A DNA stretch of 64,000 bases from an uncultured Verrucomicrobiae bacterium (lineage in GTDB: Bacteria; Verrucomicrobiota; Verrucomicrobiia; Limisphaerales; JAFGQR01). The translations under genes were made by a program, and so were the position numbers. The stretch covers positions 1 to 64,000 of the forward strand of contig CAWBHS010000062.1 of the NCBI GenBank assembly GCA_963788655.1, in the 5' to 3' direction. How positions within the stretch are numbered: position 1 is the stretch's first letter; the number at the start of each line of letters is the position of its first letter. Below, one piece after another: positions 54,575 to 64,000 of this stretch. The notes beneath the pieces were generated by a model. That model made no database searches. It was not told the origin of the DNA and was given only the letters and a program-made list of their open reading frames with translations.

Positions 54575-56344
54575 ATGAACCGTTTCAAGTTTTTTGCAGT
54601 TCCGGGAATCGTTCCCGCTGGTTTTGTTGTTTCCGTGATGCTGGTGGCCAGTGCCGGCTTCAATCCCGTTCACGCCGCCGAGCAACCGGCCTCGGTGCCG
54701 AAGTGGGGCAGGTTTGAAACCACGCTGGAGAGCTCGACCAACTACCCCAATCCCACCCAGGATGCCAAAGTCGGCGTATTGTTCGAAGCGCCTTCGGGCA
54801 AGTCGTATCGGGCATACGGTTTCTGGGATGGCGGACACACGTGGCGGCTGCGGTTTTCGCCCGATGAAACCGGCAAGTGGTCGTATCGCACTGCCTGCAG
54901 CGACACGAGTAACGCGGGCCTGCAAAACCAAAGCGGAACCTTCCAATGCACCGCCGCGGAGAAGAAGACCCGATTTACGGAACACGGGCCGCTCAAAGTC
55001 TCGCCCGATGGCCGCTACTTGATGCACGAGGACGGCACGCCGTTTTTCTGGCTGGCTGACACAGCTTGGAACGGCCCCTTGTTATCTTCGGACGAGGATT
55101 GGAATTATTACCTCAAGGAACGCACGCGGCAGAAATTCGATGCGGTGCAATTTGTCACCACCCAGTGGCGGGCCGCGCCGGACGGTGATCGCCAGAAACA
55201 TCTGGCGTACACGGGCACGGACAAGCTCGTGATCAACCCGGAGTTCTTCCAGCGGCTTGACAAGAAAATCGACGCTTTGAACGAAGCCGGACTGCTGGCG
55301 GTGCCGGTGATGTTGTGGGACATCGCCGGTGGCTCGAATCCAAAAATCAATCCGGGCGTTTCGCTGCCGGATGATCAGGCGGTGCTGCTGGCGCGCTACA
55401 TGGTCGGGCGTTGGGGCGCGAACGCCGTGGTGTGGATTCTGGCCGGCGATGGCAATTACCGTGGGGAAAAAGCGGCGCGTTGGAAACGCATCGGCCGGGC
55501 GGTATTTGAAGGCCTGCCCCACGCGCCGGTGACCATGCACCCCGGCGGCATGCAATGGGTTTGGAAGGAGTTTAAAGATGAGGACTGGTACGACATTGTT
55601 GGCTACCAAAGCGGCCATGGCGACGACGACAATACCTTGAAGTGGCTGATCGAAGGCCCGATGACGGAGGATTACGCCCGACTGCCGCATCGGCCATTCA
55701 TCAACCTCGAACCGCCATACGAAGGCCATCTGGGGTATCAATCCAAGAAACCCCTCAGCGCGGAGCACGTTCGCCGGGCTTTGTATTGGTCGCTGTTGAA
55801 TGCGCCGACGGCAGGCGTCTCTTATGGCGCGCACGGAGTCTGGGGCTGGGACGATGGCACCAAGCCGCCCACGGACCATCCGAATACCGGCACGCCCAAA
55901 CCATGGAAGGAGGCGCTCAAGATGCCGGCGGCCGAGCAGATGCCGCACCTGTATGATTTCTTTGCGTCGGTGGATTGGTGGCGTTTGTCGCCGGCCTCAA
56001 TGTTCATTGTGAACCAACCGGGTAAACAAGATCCGCGCAAGTTCATTGCTGCTGGTCGCACCTATCCCAATGATCTGATGGTTATTTACGTCCCGGAAGA
56101 TCGCACGGTGGAAGTCAAACTGGACGCCATGCCCCCATCGCCACAAGTAACTTGGTTCAATCCGCGCACCGGCGAGAAAAGTCCCGCAGTGGGGGTGGTG
56201 ACCACCAGCACGTGCCAATTCCCATCTCCCGCGGAAGGCGATTGGATCCTTTACATGTACACGCAGACGGAAAAGGAGAAAGCCAAAGCAAAAGCCGCGG
56301 ACAAGCCCGCCGAGAAACCGGCCGAAAAGCCTGAGGCGAAGTGA
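54575..56344 (+). CDS. DUF5060/DUF4038 (apiosidase-like, GH140-related) secreted glycoside hydrolase
   Basis: GFWDGG.TWRLRFSP, DGTPFFWLADTAW, YQSGH, INLEPPYE, YGAHGVW, WFNPRTGE. Confidence 0.82.
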   Translation: MNRFKFFAVPGIVPAGFVVSVMLVASAGFNPVHAAEQPASVPKWGRFETTLESSTNYPNPTQDAKVGVLFEAPSGKSYRAYGFWDGGHTWRLRFSPDETGKWSYRTACSDTSNAGLQNQSGTFQCTAAEKKTRFTEHGPLKVSPDGRYLMHEDGTPFFWLADTAWNGPLLSSDEDWNYYLKERTRQKFDAVQFVTTQWRAAPDGDRQKHLAYTGTDKLVINPEFFQRLDKKIDALNEAGLLAVPVMLWDIAGGSNPKINPGVSLPDDQAVLLARYMVGRWGANAVVWILAGDGNYRGEKAARWKRIGRAVFEGLPHAPVTMHPGGMQWVWKEFKDEDWYDIVGYQSGHGDDDNTLKWLIEGPMTEDYARLPHRPFINLEPPYEGHLGYQSKKPLSAEHVRRALYWSLLNAPTAGVSYGAHGVWGWDDGTKPPTDHPNTGTPKPWKEALKMPAAEQMPHLYDFFASVDWWRLSPASMFIVNQPGKQDPRKFIAAGRTYPNDLMVIYVPEDRTVEVKLDAMPPSPQVTWFNPRTGEKSPAVGVVTTSTCQFPSPAEGDWILYMYTQTEKEKAKAKAADKPAEKPAEKPEAK

Positions 56345-56349
56345 AATGG

Positions 56350-56415
56350 CCAAGGCCCAATGACCAAGGCCCAATGACCAAGGCCCAATGACCAAGGCCC
56401 AATGACCAAGGCCCA
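56350..56415. repeat. Tandem 14-bp repeat CCAAGGCCCAATGA, four copies plus a partial
   Basis: Directly visible, no spacers; same family as 49773-49888. Confidence 0.9.
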
Positions 56416-56557
56416 GAGAATGCCCAACTTCCAATGCCCATAGCAGTGGCTGGCCGCCTGCGATCTGGCTGGGTCTTGGTGCTTGGTCCTTCTTTGGGAT
56501 TTATTATGGGCATTGGTCATTTTGTCGGCATCTGTTCATTCGCACGATTCGCCTGCA

Positions 56558-56622
56558 TCCGTTTCTGCCGGCGGGACGCCGGCAGCACGTCAGGCAGCGT
56601 GCTGCCGGCATCCTGCCGGCAG
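56558..56622. repeat. REP-like inverted pair; related copy at about 37948-37982
   Basis: CTGCCGGCGGGACGCCGGCAGCACG ... CGTGCTGCCGGCATCCTGCCGGCAG. Confidence 0.7.
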
Positions 56623-56681
56623 TTTGGAACGGCCCGTTCCCAAAATACCAAACGCCCAACTACCTGCGGCACCTGGCAACT

Positions 56682-56830
56682 TCGCGCCAGCGTTTGGAGT
56701 GCGTGGAGCTTGCTCCCGCTTTCGTTGAACCAACGCGTCACACGAGGGAAAGCAACGCCAGAAAAGTCTCGAGATACTCTCTCCCGTCGAAAGCGCCGGC
56801 AAGCCGGACGCACTCCAAACGCTGGCGCGA
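56682..56830. repeat. GGAG-type REP doublet
   Basis: TCGCGCCAGCGTTTGGAGTGCG ... CGCACTCCAAACGCTGGCGCGA, a perfect 22-bp inverted repeat. Confidence 0.8.
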
Positions 56831-56959
56831 CGAATCCAAGCCTTTCCGAAACAGCTTCAATCACCACGTTCCATTGAACCGACCGGCGTACCTCTTCAAA
56901 TTGAGCCTTGGTTCATGGTCCTTCTCTGGAGCTTGGGCTTTGGTCATTGGCCCTTACCG

Positions 56960-57994
56960 TCAGTAGCTCATCCGGTCCAATTTCACTTTGCCGCGGAAGA
57001 TCCAATAAATGCTGATGGTGTAGGCGATCACGATCGGCACGCCGATGATGGCGATGACCAGCATGATGCCGAGCGTTTTGTGGGAGGAAGCGGCATTGAT
57101 GATGTTCAGGCTGCGGGCGGGATCGGGATTGCTGAAAATGAGGTTCGGGTACATTTCCAATCCAAACAACCCCATCAAGGCTGCCATGGCCAAACAGGAA
57201 GACCAAAACGCCCGCACCTCGCGCCGGCGATAGATTTCCCGGGGGATGTTGGCGATGGCCAGCATGTTGACGATGGCCACGCTGAACAGCCACGGCTGCG
57301 CCCGGATGCGCGCCGCCATGTGCGGCACATAAAGCAAGCGTGGCCATGGTGGTGGTGGCGTAGCAGATGATGAAAAAGATGATGCAGTTGTTGACCCAAC
57401 CGCGGACCCTTTGCTGCAGTTCGCCTTCGGTTTTCATGACGGCGTAAATGGAACCGTGCATCATGAACAATGCCAGCGTGGTCACGCCCAGCAACAGCGG
57501 ATAGGGACCAAGCAACCCGAGAAACGTGCCGGCGAACTCGGCCCCGTTCATCCAGCGGGATACCCCAGGCGATGTTGCCCATCGCGACGCCAATCAACAC
57601 ACTGGACAGCACACTGCTGCCGCAAAACGCCACGTCCCACGCCTGGCGCCACCGGCGCGATGGGTTGCTTGCTGCGAAACTCGATGGCCACCGCCCGGAA
57701 TATCAAGGCCACCAGCAGCAGGACAAAGGCGAGATAAAATCCGGAGAACACCGTCGCATAAACATCCGGGAACGCCGCGAACAGCGCGCCGCCGCCGGTG
57801 ACGAGCCAGACTTCGTTGCCATCCCACACCGGGCCGATGGCGTTGAACATGATCCGTCGTTCCTCGTCCGTCCGGGTAAACAGGTGCAGTGCGCCGACGC
57901 CGAGGTCGAAACCATCCAACATGGCGTAGCCGGCGAGGAGCACGCCGATGAGGATGAACCAGACGGTATTGAGATCGAGGGAGCCGAAATTCAT
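56960..57994 (-). CDS. cydB: Cytochrome bd oxidase subunit II, several frameshifts
   Basis: [37 protein letters not shown]. Confidence 0.93.
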
Positions 57995-59364
57995 GGTTGG
58001 TGGGGAGTGGGCAAGGCCAGTTTGCCGGCCGGTTTAAGGTCTTCCGCATCCGGACCGTGCTGGATTTTGTCGTTCAGCAGGTAAAGGAAGAGCACGAAGA
58101 GCAGAACATAAATGGCGGTAAACAGAATCAGCGACGTCAAGACCACTTCCGCGCTGACGACTCCCGGCTCCGATAGCCCCTGCGAGGTGCGCATCAGGTG
58201 GTACACAATCCACGGCTGGCGACCAACCTCAGCAGCAAACCAGCCGGCCTGGTTGGCTATTTGCGGGCCGAGCACGGAGAACACCAGCAGGATCAGCATC
58301 CAGCGTTTCTCAAAGAGCGAGCCGCGCCAAAAATACAGGAAGCCCAAGGCGGCGATGAGCACCATGGCGAAGCCGACCCCGACCATCAGATGAAAGAATT
58401 GGAAGTTCACATTCACCGGAGGACGGTCCTCCGGTTTGAACGCGCGCAGTCCGGTAACTGGTTCGCTGGCGTTCCCGTGGGCCAGCCAACTCAACATGCC
58501 GGGAACGGCCACACCGTGAACGGTTTCGTTCTTTTCATCCACCCAGCCGAACAAGTGCAACGGCGCGTGCGCCGTGGTGTCGTAGAGCCCCTCAAACGCC
58601 GCCAGTTTCTCCGGCTGGTTCTTAGTGACGCCCACCGCGCTTTGGTGGCCGGAAAAAATTTGCAGCGCGGCCACCACCAAGGCGACGGTCAGCCCCACGC
58701 GCAGTGAGGCACGCGCAAAGTCGTGATGCCGTTGCTTCAGCAAATACCAGGCGCTGACGCTCACCACGAGAAACGCCCCCGCCTGCCAGGCGCCGCCCAG
58801 CACATGGAACAGCCGCTCCATCGAGGATGGATTGAAGACCATCTCCCAAAAACTCGTAATCTCGGCGCGCCGCTTTAGACCTTCCCCCACGAGGTGATAC
58901 CCCGCCGGCGTTTGCATCCAGGAATTGGCCACCACGATCCAGATGGCGCTGAAGTGCGCGCCTAAACAGACCATGCACGTCGAGAAGAAGTGCAGTTTGC
59001 GGCCCACCCGGTCCCAACCAAACAGGAGCACCGCCAAAAAACCCGATTCGAGAAAAAATGCAAAAATACCTTCCGCCGCCAGGGCGCTGCCGAAGACGTC
59101 GCCCACGTACCGCGAATAAGCGGCCCAATTGGTGCCGAATTCGAACTCCATCACAATGCCCGTGGCCACGCCGATGGCGAAAGTCAGCGCAAAGACCCGG
59201 GTCCAGAAGCGCGCCATTTGGTGGTAAATGGGATTGTTGGTTTTGAGCCAGAGTCCCTCCATGATGACCAGCATCACGCCCAATCCGATGCTGAGCGGTG
59301 GATACAAATAGTGGAAGCCGATCGTCAGGGCAAATTGAACGCGCGATAGTATCAGGACATCCAT
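57991..59364 (-). CDS. cydA: Cytochrome bd oxidase subunit I
   Basis: [46 protein letters not shown]. Confidence 0.95.
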   Translation of the reverse strand: MDVLILSRVQFALTIGFHYLYPPLSIGLGVMLVIMEGLWLKTNNPIYHQMARFWTRVFALTFAIGVATGIVMEFEFGTNWAAYSRYVGDVFGSALAAEGIFAFFLESGFLAVLLFGWDRVGRKLHFFSTCMVCLGAHFSAIWIVVANSWMQTPAGYHLVGEGLKRRAEITSFWEMVFNPSSMERLFHVLGGAWQAGAFLVVSVSAWYLLKQRHHDFARASLRVGLTVALVVAALQIFSGHQSAVGVTKNQPEKLAAFEGLYDTTAHAPLHLFGWVDEKNETVHGVAVPGMLSWLAHGNASEPVTGLRAFKPEDRPPVNVNFQFFHLMVGVGFAMVLIAALGFLYFWRGSLFEKRWMLILLVFSVLGPQIANQAGWFAAEVGRQPWIVYHLMRTSQGLSEPGVVSAEVVLTSLILFTAIYVLLFVLFLYLLNDKIQHGPDAEDLKPAGKLALPTPHQP

Positions 59365-59768
59365 ATCGGGCGGGTTCATAACATCGCCCAAAGATCTGGT
59401 CAAGCAGCAGGCCGGCGAATCCGTGGCACCGGCGCCAAACGCGGTGTCTCAAAACGGGGCACCGTGTCGATATTTTGGAGCGTTGGCCGGTTACGGATAG
59501 AATCGGCTTGAGCAGATCAGAATTTCCCGGGGCAGCTAACCTACTTGTTGGCGGGTAGTGGTCCGCCGGAAAACGCGAGGGAAATCGCCCCGTTTTGTGG
59601 AGCTTTCCGGTTCCGGTGACCTGCGGGCGTTCGGTCAGCGCCTGGGCCCGCCCGTCTGCATCAAATTGCGACACCGTTCTCAGAAGCTGCCCAAACTTTT
59701 GGCAGCACTCCTGCTAAAGTCTGCCCGGATTGTTCCGTTAGAACAAGCAGAGACGCGATGATCGCGAT

Positions 59769-60251
59769 ATGAAACCAAATGGAATCAGCAGCCGATGCCG
59801 GCGAGCCGGGCACGGGGCGTTCACCCTGATCGAGGTCCTCATCGCCATGGCGGTGGTCGGAGTGGTGTTTGTCGCCCTGTATTCGGGAATGACGTACGGC
59901 TTCTCGGTGATTCAATACACGCGGGAAAACTTGCGGGCCACGCAAATTCTACTTGAAAAGGCCGAAACCATCCGCCTTTACACTTGGAGCCAACTCAACG
60001 ACGGCCATTTCATTCCGAAGAAGTTTACCGAAAGCTACTATCCACCCGGCTTGGATGGGGGCAGCAGCGGCATCGTTTACGAGGGGGAATTCAAGGTTAA
60101 AAACATGGATCTTCACACCAATTACGATGACGAAATGAAGCAGGTCGTCATCACCCTGGGCTGGAGGCCGGACAAGAAAGGCAAGCCCACCCGCACCCGC
60201 ACGTTAACCACTTACGTTGCCGAAAATGGACTGCACAAATACATCTTCTAA
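59769..60251 (+). CDS. Prepilin-type N-methylation domain protein (PilV/GspI-like)
   Basis: GAFTLIEVLIAMAV. Confidence 0.85.
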   Translation: MKPNGISSRCRRAGHGAFTLIEVLIAMAVVGVVFVALYSGMTYGFSVIQYTRENLRATQILLEKAETIRLYTWSQLNDGHFIPKKFTESYYPPGLDGGSSGIVYEGEFKVKNMDLHTNYDDEMKQVVITLGWRPDKKGKPTRTRTLTTYVAENGLHKYIF

Positions 60252-60783
60252 ATCACCGCCGGGCCGGCGCTCGACCGGTTTTACGCTGGTCGAGTTCATG
60301 TTTGCAATGGCGGTGGGCGGCCTGGTCTTAACCGCGGTCATCTCGTTTGTCATCTACACCGGCCGCGGTTTCGCCGGCACGATGAACTACATCGATCTCG
60401 AGTCGCAGAGTTCGCTGGCGATGGACCGGCTCGTGAAAGAGATTCGCCAAACGGGCGAACTGGTGGATTTCACTTCCAACAAACTGGTGTTTGTGGATTA
60501 CGATTCGAATCTGCTGACTTATGCGTATTCGCCGGCGGACGAAACTCTGGTCCGCTCCAAGAATGGCGAAACCAATGTCCTGCTCACCGGGTGTGATACG
60601 CTGACCTTTGCCATCTACCAGCGCAACACCATCATCAATTCCTACAACCAATATCCGACCAGCCTGCAAGCCAGCAACACCAAGGTGGTGCAGATCAACT
60701 GGCTCTGCTCCCGCAAGGTAACCGGGACGAAACTCAATACCGAAAGTGTGCAAACCGCCAAAGTGGTGATCCGCAACCAATAG
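60217..60783 (+). CDS. Prepilin-type protein (PilW/GspJ-like); exact start uncertain
   Basis: GFTLVEFMFAMAV. Confidence 0.82.
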   Translation: MPKMDCTNTSSKSPPGRRSTGFTLVEFMFAMAVGGLVLTAVISFVIYTGRGFAGTMNYIDLESQSSLAMDRLVKEIRQTGELVDFTSNKLVFVDYDSNLLTYAYSPADETLVRSKNGETNVLLTGCDTLTFAIYQRNTIINSYNQYPTSLQASNTKVVQINWLCSRKVTGTKLNTESVQTAKVVIRNQ

Positions 60784-60788
60784 ACAGT

Positions 60789-62244
60789 ATGAAGACATTC
60801 CTTTGCCCGCGCTCCGCCGTTCGCGGTAGTGTTTTGTTGACCACCATGGTCATTATCGGGGTGACCGGCCTGGTGCTCTTGACGTATCTCACGTTGGTCC
60901 GGCACCAGAATGTTGTTGTGGCCCGGTCCCAATCCTGGAATACGTGCATCGCGATTGCCGAAGCCGGAGTCGAGGACGCCCTGGCGCACCTGAACAAGAA
61001 CGGCGTCAACAAGACCGGTTCGTTTTTCGAAGTTACGGACCTGGCGTCCCAAGGCTGGATCAGCACCAACGGCCAGTATTATGTGCGTCGGGCCATCGAC
61101 GACTGTTATTACGAGGTGTACATCAAAGAAGGCGCGCGACCCGTGATTACCGCGACCGGCTATGTTCCGGCCCCCGCAAATTTCGCGGCCAAGACTCGCC
61201 CCTTCCTGGCGGCGCATACTCCGCTGCCGTGGGATTCCGGGCAGACCTTCTTGTCCCGCACCGTGCAGGCGAAGTGCCGGGCGGTCGGCCGTTTCACCAA
61301 AGCCATTGTGGCCCGCGACAAAGTCGAGCTGAACGGCAAGTACATCATCGTGGACAGCTATCATGCCTACGATCCCGCCGCCAGCACTTACGATCTGAAC
61401 AATCCCAACGATCCCGGCCAGTACGACGTCAGCAAACGCCAGGACAACGGGGACGTGGCGGTGATGGAGGGAATGTCCGACGAACTCAAGATCAGCGACG
61501 CCGAAGTGTGGGGCAAAGTGGCGACCGGTCCGGACGGCAACCTCAAGACGAACAAGTCTGTGGTGGTGGGCAGCATCGCCTGGCACGACTCCGGCCAAAA
61601 AGGCGTGGAGCCAGGCTGGGCCACGGAGGACGCCAGCTTTGACATGCCGAGTGTGACGGTTCCCTTTGCCCATGGCTTCGCGCCGTCCAGCGGAACAGTG
61701 GGTACCAACACCTATGATTACATTCTGGGGAATGACGATTACGAGGTGAGTCAGTTGGGCGGTAACAATCGCGGCAAGGTGTTGGTTACCGGCACTGCCC
61801 GCATCCTCGTCACCAGCAAAATTGACTTCAGCGACGATCCCAAAGATGAGGAAGGCATTGAGTTCGAACCCGGAGCCCGATTGGAGATTTATATGAAAGG
61901 CAAAGACGCCAAGCTGGTGGGCAAGAAGCAAAAAAAGAATCAGATCTCCGAACGCATGGGCTTCAACAAGGACGGCAACACCACCAACTTCTTTTACTTC
62001 GGCTCGGACAAGAACGAAAAACTGGAGCTCAAAAACATGGATGAATTTGTTGGGTTAATTTATGCACCCAATGCGGAAATCACCTTGAAAGCGGGTAACC
62101 TCAAGTACCTACAAGTGCCAGCTCTACGGCGCCATTCTGGGTAAGAAGGTCAAATTGGAAAAGAACGCCAACCTGCACTACGACGAGAACATCGGCGCCC
62201 TGGCGGCCGATAGCTACGTCGTCGAGTCGTGGCGTGAATTGTAA
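60789..62244 (+). CDS. PilX/GspK-like minor pilin with large C-terminal domain, frameshift near 62105
   Basis: RGSVLLTTMV (no E5), IAEAGVEDAL, GLIYAPNA; LHYDE..YVVESWREL in another frame. Confidence 0.8.
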
Positions 62245-62322
62245 GCTAGTCCGGCAGCAGCCCTGTTTGGTGGGGGGCGGCTGGAAAGCCGCCATTTGAT
62301 TAATGTCGCGCCAACCCGCCGG

Positions 62323-64000
62323 TTACTGCGTTCCCAAGCGCATCAATGCTTCGAGTATTTCTCCGCGAACTTGATCGGCGACCGAACGGTTTTTAGGTGC
62401 CTTCCAATAAATGAGGGTTGCTGAAGTCATACCGCCAGTGACGCGGTCCGCCGCCGAGTTGAGCAAGGTACGAGCTGCCTTGAGCGCCCCGTTCTGGACG
62501 CCCTGTCGCTCCAATGCCTCCACGCGTTTACGCAGCAGGCAAAGGTATTCAAAGTCCTCGACTCCCTCGCGAATGGCTTCGAAGTGTTTTCCGGACGTCA
62601 CGGAGTTTCGGTCCAGGAACAACGGCGTGTAAGCACCAACCTGGCTGGCGTATTCGTTCCAGGAGGAAGCGCCATTGGAATCGCCGAACGCCCAATACCC
62701 CGCCCCCTCGGCGCCATACTTCCAGCAAAACCATGGCTGCATGCGGTGATAGCTGTAGGGGTCCAATAGTCGGCCCGGCCCGCTGCATGAATAGAACCAC
62801 AGCCGGCGTCCCGCCTGCCGCTGTTGGACGTAGAAATCCGCAAAGGATTGGCCGCGGCTGATCCACATCGGCAGGTTGGGACAAAGCACGTCGCTTAGTT
62901 CGAACAACTCCGGCGTCGCCTGAGTGGGATCTGGCCAGGTGGGATCTTCCCAAATCACCACATCCGGCTGGGCGGCGCGGATGACCTTCGCGTATTCCAC
63001 AATGATCCGGTCCTGTTCGCGCGAATGGGGTTCATCCACCAAGAGCAAACCCAGTTCGTGCGGTGGGACGTGCCATTGCTTGAGTTGGCCGGCCCACCAG
63101 TTGATCCAGTCGGTAACCGCCCGGCGGAACGCCGGTGTGCCCATTTGGAAACCAGCGAATCGCTCGCCCACACTCACGAAGACGTAGTAGTTGCGGGCGT
63201 GCGGCCAGCGGTCCAGCCAGGTCCGGAATTCCGCGGGGCTGGGTGGTTCGGTCATCCGACCGCCGGCGTCGTATTGGCCACGGGCCAGGACGGCTCCTTG
63301 CGCCCAGGGCGAATCGACAAAGTGCTCCCGCAGGTAACGAATGAAGTCCCCGCGGTTCTGGGGGGTGACTTCGTAAATGCGCTCGCGGTCGGTGTAATCC
63401 CATCCGCCCAGGTGAAGCGTTGGCTGATCGGGAAACCGCAACGGAGCAAGTGACAAGTGGATGGGAATCGTTTGGTTCTCCATGCCGGCCGATTGAATCA
63501 GGATTTGGCCGGAATGTTTTCCGGCGGGCACCGTTTCCGGGTGAAACGTCAGCCAAACCTGTCGCGTCAGGCCGGCGGGAATCCGCAATCCAAACTGTCC
63601 TGCCAGTTGCGGCACGACCGGCAAGGCCGCCGCGACCGGCACGCCGGATTGAGTGTCGGTGAAAGGAACTTCGTGGACGGTGATCCAGCCGGGATTCATT
63701 CCACCGGGCAAGCCCTCCAGAACCAACGTGACTGCGGCTTCAGTCTCACCGGCATTGCTGAGGTTGAACGCGGCGCTGCGATACTCGTTGCCCATCATCG
63801 TCACGTCGATGGCCACCTTGCCTTTGATTGGCGCGGCGGTAGGGCTGAGCATGTCCCAACGATTGTTTTGCCAAACGACAATTCCGGCCAGGCCAAGAGC
63901 CCGCCAGATGCCGGCTTGCACCGCAAAGATTCGCCGGTGCAGGTCATTGATTGGGAAGATGGTGGTGAAGTCTTCAGGGGAGGCAATTTTGGTTGCAGGA
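62323..64000 (-). CDS. DUF4091/GH123-like protein, 5' end outside the window
   Basis: LVDEP, LWFYSC, WKYGAEG..YW, FEAIREGVEDFEYL; frame stays open to the window edge. Confidence 0.72.
   Translation of the reverse strand, partial: PATKIASPEDFTTIFPINDLHRRIFAVQAGIWRALGLAGIVVWQNNRWDMLSPTAAPIKGKVAIDVTMMGNEYRSAAFNLSNAGETEAAVTLVLEGLPGGMNPGWITVHEVPFTDTQSGVPVAAALPVVPQLAGQFGLRIPAGLTRQVWLTFHPETVPAGKHSGQILIQSAGMENQTIPIHLSLAPLRFPDQPTLHLGGWDYTDRERIYEVTPQNRGDFIRYLREHFVDSPWAQGAVLARGQYDAGGRMTEPPSPAEFRTWLDRWPHARNYYVFVSVGERFAGFQMGTPAFRRAVTDWINWWAGQLKQWHVPPHELGLLLVDEPHSREQDRIIVEYAKVIRAAQPDVVIWEDPTWPDPTQATPELFELSDVLCPNLPMWISRGQSFADFYVQQRQAGRRLWFYSCSGPGRLLDPYSYHRMQPWFCWKYGAEGAGYWAFGDSNGASSWNEYASQVGAYTPLFLDRNSVTSGKHFEAIREGVEDFEYLCLLRKRVEALERQGVQNGALKAARTLLNSAADRVTGGMTSATLIYWKAPKNRSVADQVRGEILEALMRLGTQ

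Noticed and set aside
56350..56415. CRISPR-like repeat array
   Set aside because: 14-bp units are directly adjacent with no spacers, and no cas genes are in the window.

Overview
GC-rich bacterial DNA; gene content and repeat style suggest Verrucomicrobiota (inference). Most of the window is housekeeping or carbohydrate-related: SSS transporter plus DHDPS-family lyase, sialate O-acetylesterase-like, ThuA, GH29, pta, hisC, argA, rtcB, grpE-dnaJ-rsmE, two pilT-family genes, tlyA-nadK, LacI, PMM, a Gld-like ABC system, mtnA, cydAB and minor pilins. Many conserved genes are split by single-base frameshifts, which points to uncorrected assembly indels. The accessory DNA is the interesting part. 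(1) An IS66 carries a DUF4338/DruA-like gene between tnpB and tnpC and has inserted into a RAYT-like transposase; several REP-like palindrome families are scattered through the window. (2) Two decayed integrons (about 14.6-16.3 kb and 23.8-29.2 kb) each have an intI remnant and attC-like sites. (3) In the second array, an RT-deleted group II intron sits inside an attC on the cassette-coding strand, and a tyrosine recombinase plus IS91-type Y2 transposase unit has both ends coinciding with attC core boxes (GTTCAAC). A relic of the same end abuts an attC in the first array. This suggests an attC-targeting or cassette-mimicking mobile element. All calls are by eye from motifs; no searches were run.
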